Assembly (NCBI GenBank): GCA_951406725.2
Contig: OX597823.1
Span: forward strand, 56,668,001 to 56,732,000
Length of the DNA stretch: 64,000 nt
Reading direction: 5' to 3'
From: Octopus vulgaris
Lineage: Eukaryota
Both the position numbers and the translations under genes were made by a program. Of the stretch, positions 59,687 through 64,000 are shown one piece after another. The notes below the pieces were generated by a model, which worked only from the letters and a program-made list of their open reading frames with translations, had not been told where the DNA came from and did not search any database. Position 1 is the first letter of the stretch, and every line of letters begins with the position of its first letter.

Positions 59687-60017
59687 GTCTATCTATCTAT
59701 CTATCTATCTATATATCTATCTTATCAATATATATATATATTCATATGTTACAAATGCAATATACTGATTCACGTTTGAATAAATTTTATGTATGTTTAT
59801 ATCTGTTTTTTGGAGTGTGTGTATGTGTGTGTGTATGCATATCCGTTTCTGTTTATATATTCAGATCTAGTTATCACTTTATGGCTGTAAATGTGTATTT
59901 ATAACTTAATGTCATTACTAACTAATTTTGAAATTAACACATTCTCTGCGTAGCCACAACATATGATTATCTACATAAATGACTAAGCATGCAAATTATC
60001 CTCTCTCACTCTCTCAT

Positions 60018-60061
<44 letters not shown>

Positions 60062-60103
60062 TCACCGAAAAATATGCATACGTGCATATACATATACATA
60101 TAC

Positions 60104-60154
<51 letters not shown>

Positions 60155-60225
60155 TGTCTATCTATCTATCTATGTGAATGAGTGTATTTTATAAGCACGT
60201 ATGTATTGAAGGTTGTATGCGTTGT

Positions 60226-60309
<84 letters not shown>

Positions 60310-61015
60310 CTATGTGCGTATGTGTTTCTCCCCCCAACATCGCTTGACAACCGATGGTCATGTGTTTACGTCCCCGAAATTAGCGGTTCGGCAAAAGAAA
60401 CCGATAGAATAAGTACTAGGCTTCCAAAGAATAAGTTCTGGGGTCGATTTACTCGACTAAAGGCGGTGCTCCAGCATGGCTGCAGTCAAATGACTGAAAC
60501 AAGTAAAAGAGCTAAAGAGTATATATATATATATATTATAGTTGAAATTTACAGAAAAACAAAAGACAGACAGGTGTATGGACAACAAGCAGGTATATTA
60601 GTTTGACGCTGGGAAAAATGAGAAAGTCTTTTACATATATATATATATCAAAACTATTCCACAGCTATACCAACAATCCAACGTAGCCCATCATCAGCTG
60701 CTCCACGGATATCCTTATGGTTTCGACAGTACCATTCAATACAGCGGTGTCAACAGCAGTAAAATAAATGCTGTTTGGGAACAAGCAAACAAAAGAAACC
60801 ACAACTTTCAAGCACATTTACCCTATATACAAGCTTATCGATAAATAAATTCAATAAGTAAATTACAACCACTCCTAAATACGTAACTAAACAGCGACAG
60901 TTCTTTTAACGTCATACAAAATTTATAACCCATACCGTCTTCCGTAGTATAATTTAAAAGTAAAAGCTTAATCCTCGCGTTGTTGTGTTTTTTTTTTGTG
61001 CTTTCTTGTTTGGAT

Positions 61016-61054
<39 letters not shown>

Positions 61055-61290
61055 GTATTTCGAAGTACATAACAAGGTAAAGGTTTTTATTTTTCATGTA
61101 CTTCGAAATTTGCTATAAAATTGTGGTTTTTGGCCGTGTTTGGCTGCTATTTCTAACATGTAAAAATTACCTGTTAAAGGGTCATTTTCTATTTTGAAAT
61201 ACGAATATGTTGTCTATTGACTTTTTATACATGCTAGGCCACTGGTGGTGATATTTATAACGAGTATTCGCCACCCTATATATCTATGTA

Positions 61291-61329
<39 letters not shown>

Positions 61330-61534
61330 TTTTTTCGCTTTACTTTTTTATTTGTTTCAGTCATCAGACTGCTGCCATGCTGGGGCACCACCTTGAAGAA
61401 TTTTTAGTTGAATGTATCGATCCTATTACTTATCTTTTTACTTATTCTATCTGTCTCCTTTCCGAACCGCTAGGTTACGGGGACGTAAACACACCAACAG
61501 CGGTTGTCAAGTAGTGGTGGGGAGGACAAAAATA

Positions 61535-61581
<47 letters not shown>

Positions 61582-61595
61582 ACACACACATATAT

Positions 61596-61875
61596 ACAGG
61601 GTGCGGTGAATAAATTGACATCTAAACTACGCAAAAATGAAAATAACACTGACATCTCATTTTAACAGAAATATTTACCAAAATTACATAAAAGTATCTT
61701 GAAATACTAAAGAGTAAATTTATTCAATAAAATCGGCATTGGCTTCAACTACGGCCTCCTGACAACTTCGGAATCTTCTGCAACCCTTCTGGACGGTCTC
61801 CTTGTTTGAGTTGGTGAATGCTGCCATAATCCTTGTCTTTGGTTCATCTTTGGTGTTACAAGGAGTTTTGTTGGC
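61596..61875 (-). pseudogene. DD37D (maT-type) transposon 3' end with TIR
   Basis: TA-CAGGGTG TIR. The minus strand encodes KTPCNTKDEPKTRIMAAFTN...GCRRFRSCQEAVVEANADFIE*. Confidence 0.8.
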
Positions 61876-61978
61876 TTGAAACGTAAAATACTTTTTCATT
61901 TTTCCCGAGCGTCAAACTAATACACTTACTTGTTGTTCCTACACATGTATTCGTCTTTGTTTTTCTATAAATTTGAAC

Positions 61979-62046
<68 letters not shown>

Positions 62047-62047
62047 G

Positions 62048-62450
62048 GTATTCTTTTCTGCTCCAGGCACAAGATCTGAAATTCTTGCGGAGGGGGGAGT
62101 CCATTGGATCGACCCCAGTACGCAACTGGTACTTAATTTATCGGCCCCGAAGGGATGAAAGGTAAAGTCGACCTCGGCGGAATTTGAACTCAGAACGTAA
62201 AGGCAGACGAAATACCTATTTCTGTACTACCCACAAGGAGCTAAACACAGAAGGGACAAACAAGGACAGACAAACGGATTAAGTCGATTATATCGACCCC
62301 AGTGCGTAACTGGTACTTATTTAATCGACCCCGAAAAGATGAAAGGCAAAATCGACCTAGGCAGAATTTGAACTCAGAACGTATCGGCAGACGAAATACC
62401 GCTAAGCATTTCGTCCGACGTGCTAACGTTTCTGCCAGTTCGTAGCCTTA
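62048..62450 (-). mobile_element. SINE C tandem dimer (tail 1 unit followed by head-less tail 2 unit)
   Basis: Sense junction ...agaaata|ggtatttcgtc at about 62216. Confidence 0.88.
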
Positions 62451-63831
62451 TATAGATAAAGATTTTGCCTATGTTGTTAGCAAGTTGCATTCCTAGTGTG
62501 CCTGAATAGGAGAGGGCTCTTGTATATCCGCGCGCGTGTGTGTTGTGTCTGTTTGGATGAATGTATCTACCAAATTTTACTCACAAGGCATTGGTTGTCT
62601 CAAGGCTATACTGGACGACATTTACCCAAGGCACCGCGCCGTGGATTTGAACCCGAACCTCGCGGTTGCAGAATTTTTTATACCCACATGACTGCGTCTA
62701 TATATATTGTATTTATATATATATTTGCATGTATTCGTTTATTCTTTTATCCATGCTGAAGCACTATCGTGCACATGAATATATATACACCTACATATAT
62801 ATATATATATATATCTTACATATATACAGAATGTACTTGCATACATAGATGCATACATACATACATACATACATACATACATACATACATAGATGTATGC
62901 ATACATGCATGCATACACACTCACTCACTCACACATAGACGCACACACACTGACACACTGACACACATATATACACATATATACACACACATATATCAGT
63001 ACGTATGTATATTATTAATGCTCAACGAACTACGTATCTATGTATTGAATTGCCTGTTAATACTAATACGTGCTTTTACAGCATATGGTCGCACACAAGC
63101 GCACACATATATAAAAATATAAATGCATATGTGAGCGTGTATTATATATACATATGTTTTAGTGTATTTGTCTCCATATATATATACATACCTATAGCTA
63201 CTAAAGTACGTATATTCCTCTCATAGTTCCTATATCAAAATAAAATATATAAATTGTAAATGCCTGGTAATACATTTTGCTTATTAAGACGAAATGGATT
63301 TTCTTGTTTATCTCAATTACACAGGCTGAATTTGATTTAGTGAGCGTTGAATACACGCTCACACACACACACATACAAAACTTGCTCACAGCTCTTCGTA
63401 AATATACCTTCTACGTAAAAATTCTCGCACACATATTCATCCAAACAGACACGCGACACACACACATATACACGCATGCATGTATGCACGAATACAGACA
63501 TGTTACTCTCCTATTCAGACACGCATAGAATACAACTTGCTGGCAACATAGACAAAATCTGAAAATTAAGGAAGCTAATCAGAAGAAGCCTGGCATTAAA
63601 CTAGCTTTAATTTCTTGATAGCGCTCCACCTTGGATTCAGTCTCGCTTGCACATATTACTTTTCCATGCAAGCACAACACACACACATACACATACACAT
63701 ACACACACACACGAGTGCGCACACGCACACATGCATACCCAGAGACACACCGATGCACAAATAGATAGGTAGACAAACATTTATATATATACATATATGC
63801 ATATCTGTAATCTCAGAGTTTTATGATATAA

Positions 63832-63901
<70 letters not shown>

Positions 63902-63915
63902 TTGTGTATACACAC

Positions 63916-63967
<52 letters not shown>

Positions 63968-64000
63968 AGGCGCAATGGCCCAGTGGTTAGGGCAACGGAC

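Overview
AT-rich eukaryotic non-coding DNA, either a large intron or intergenic, saturated with microsatellites ((TA)n, (CA)n, (TATC)n, (TACA)n, (AAT)n, (GAA)n). The SINE families and repeat content point to an octopod (Octopus-like) genome; this is inference. No complete host gene is recognisable, and almost all ORFs in the track are microsatellite translations. Supported content: four tRNA-derived SINE families (labelled A-D here), a young 5'-truncated CR1-group LINE, an L1/Tx1 3' fragment, an RTE fragment, a cluster of R4/Dong fragments in (TAA)n, and Tc1/mariner relics (DD37D, DD34D, DD37E-like). Most interesting: (i) two SINE-LINE 3'-tail partnerships visible within the window, one with a Tx1 LINE; (ii) a ~555-bp non-coding element with a fixed 5' end that sits in TAA repeats, a candidate Dong-dependent parasite; (iii) SINE C tandem units with recurrent junctions and swapped tails; (iv) degenerate Penelope-type hammerhead motifs; (v) a candidate 12-nt microexon and candidate alternative last exons on the minus strand; (vi) a ~2.8-kb mosaic of inverted pieces of upstream sequence that is probably an assembly artefact. 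Coordinates were read by eye and are approximate to a few bases.
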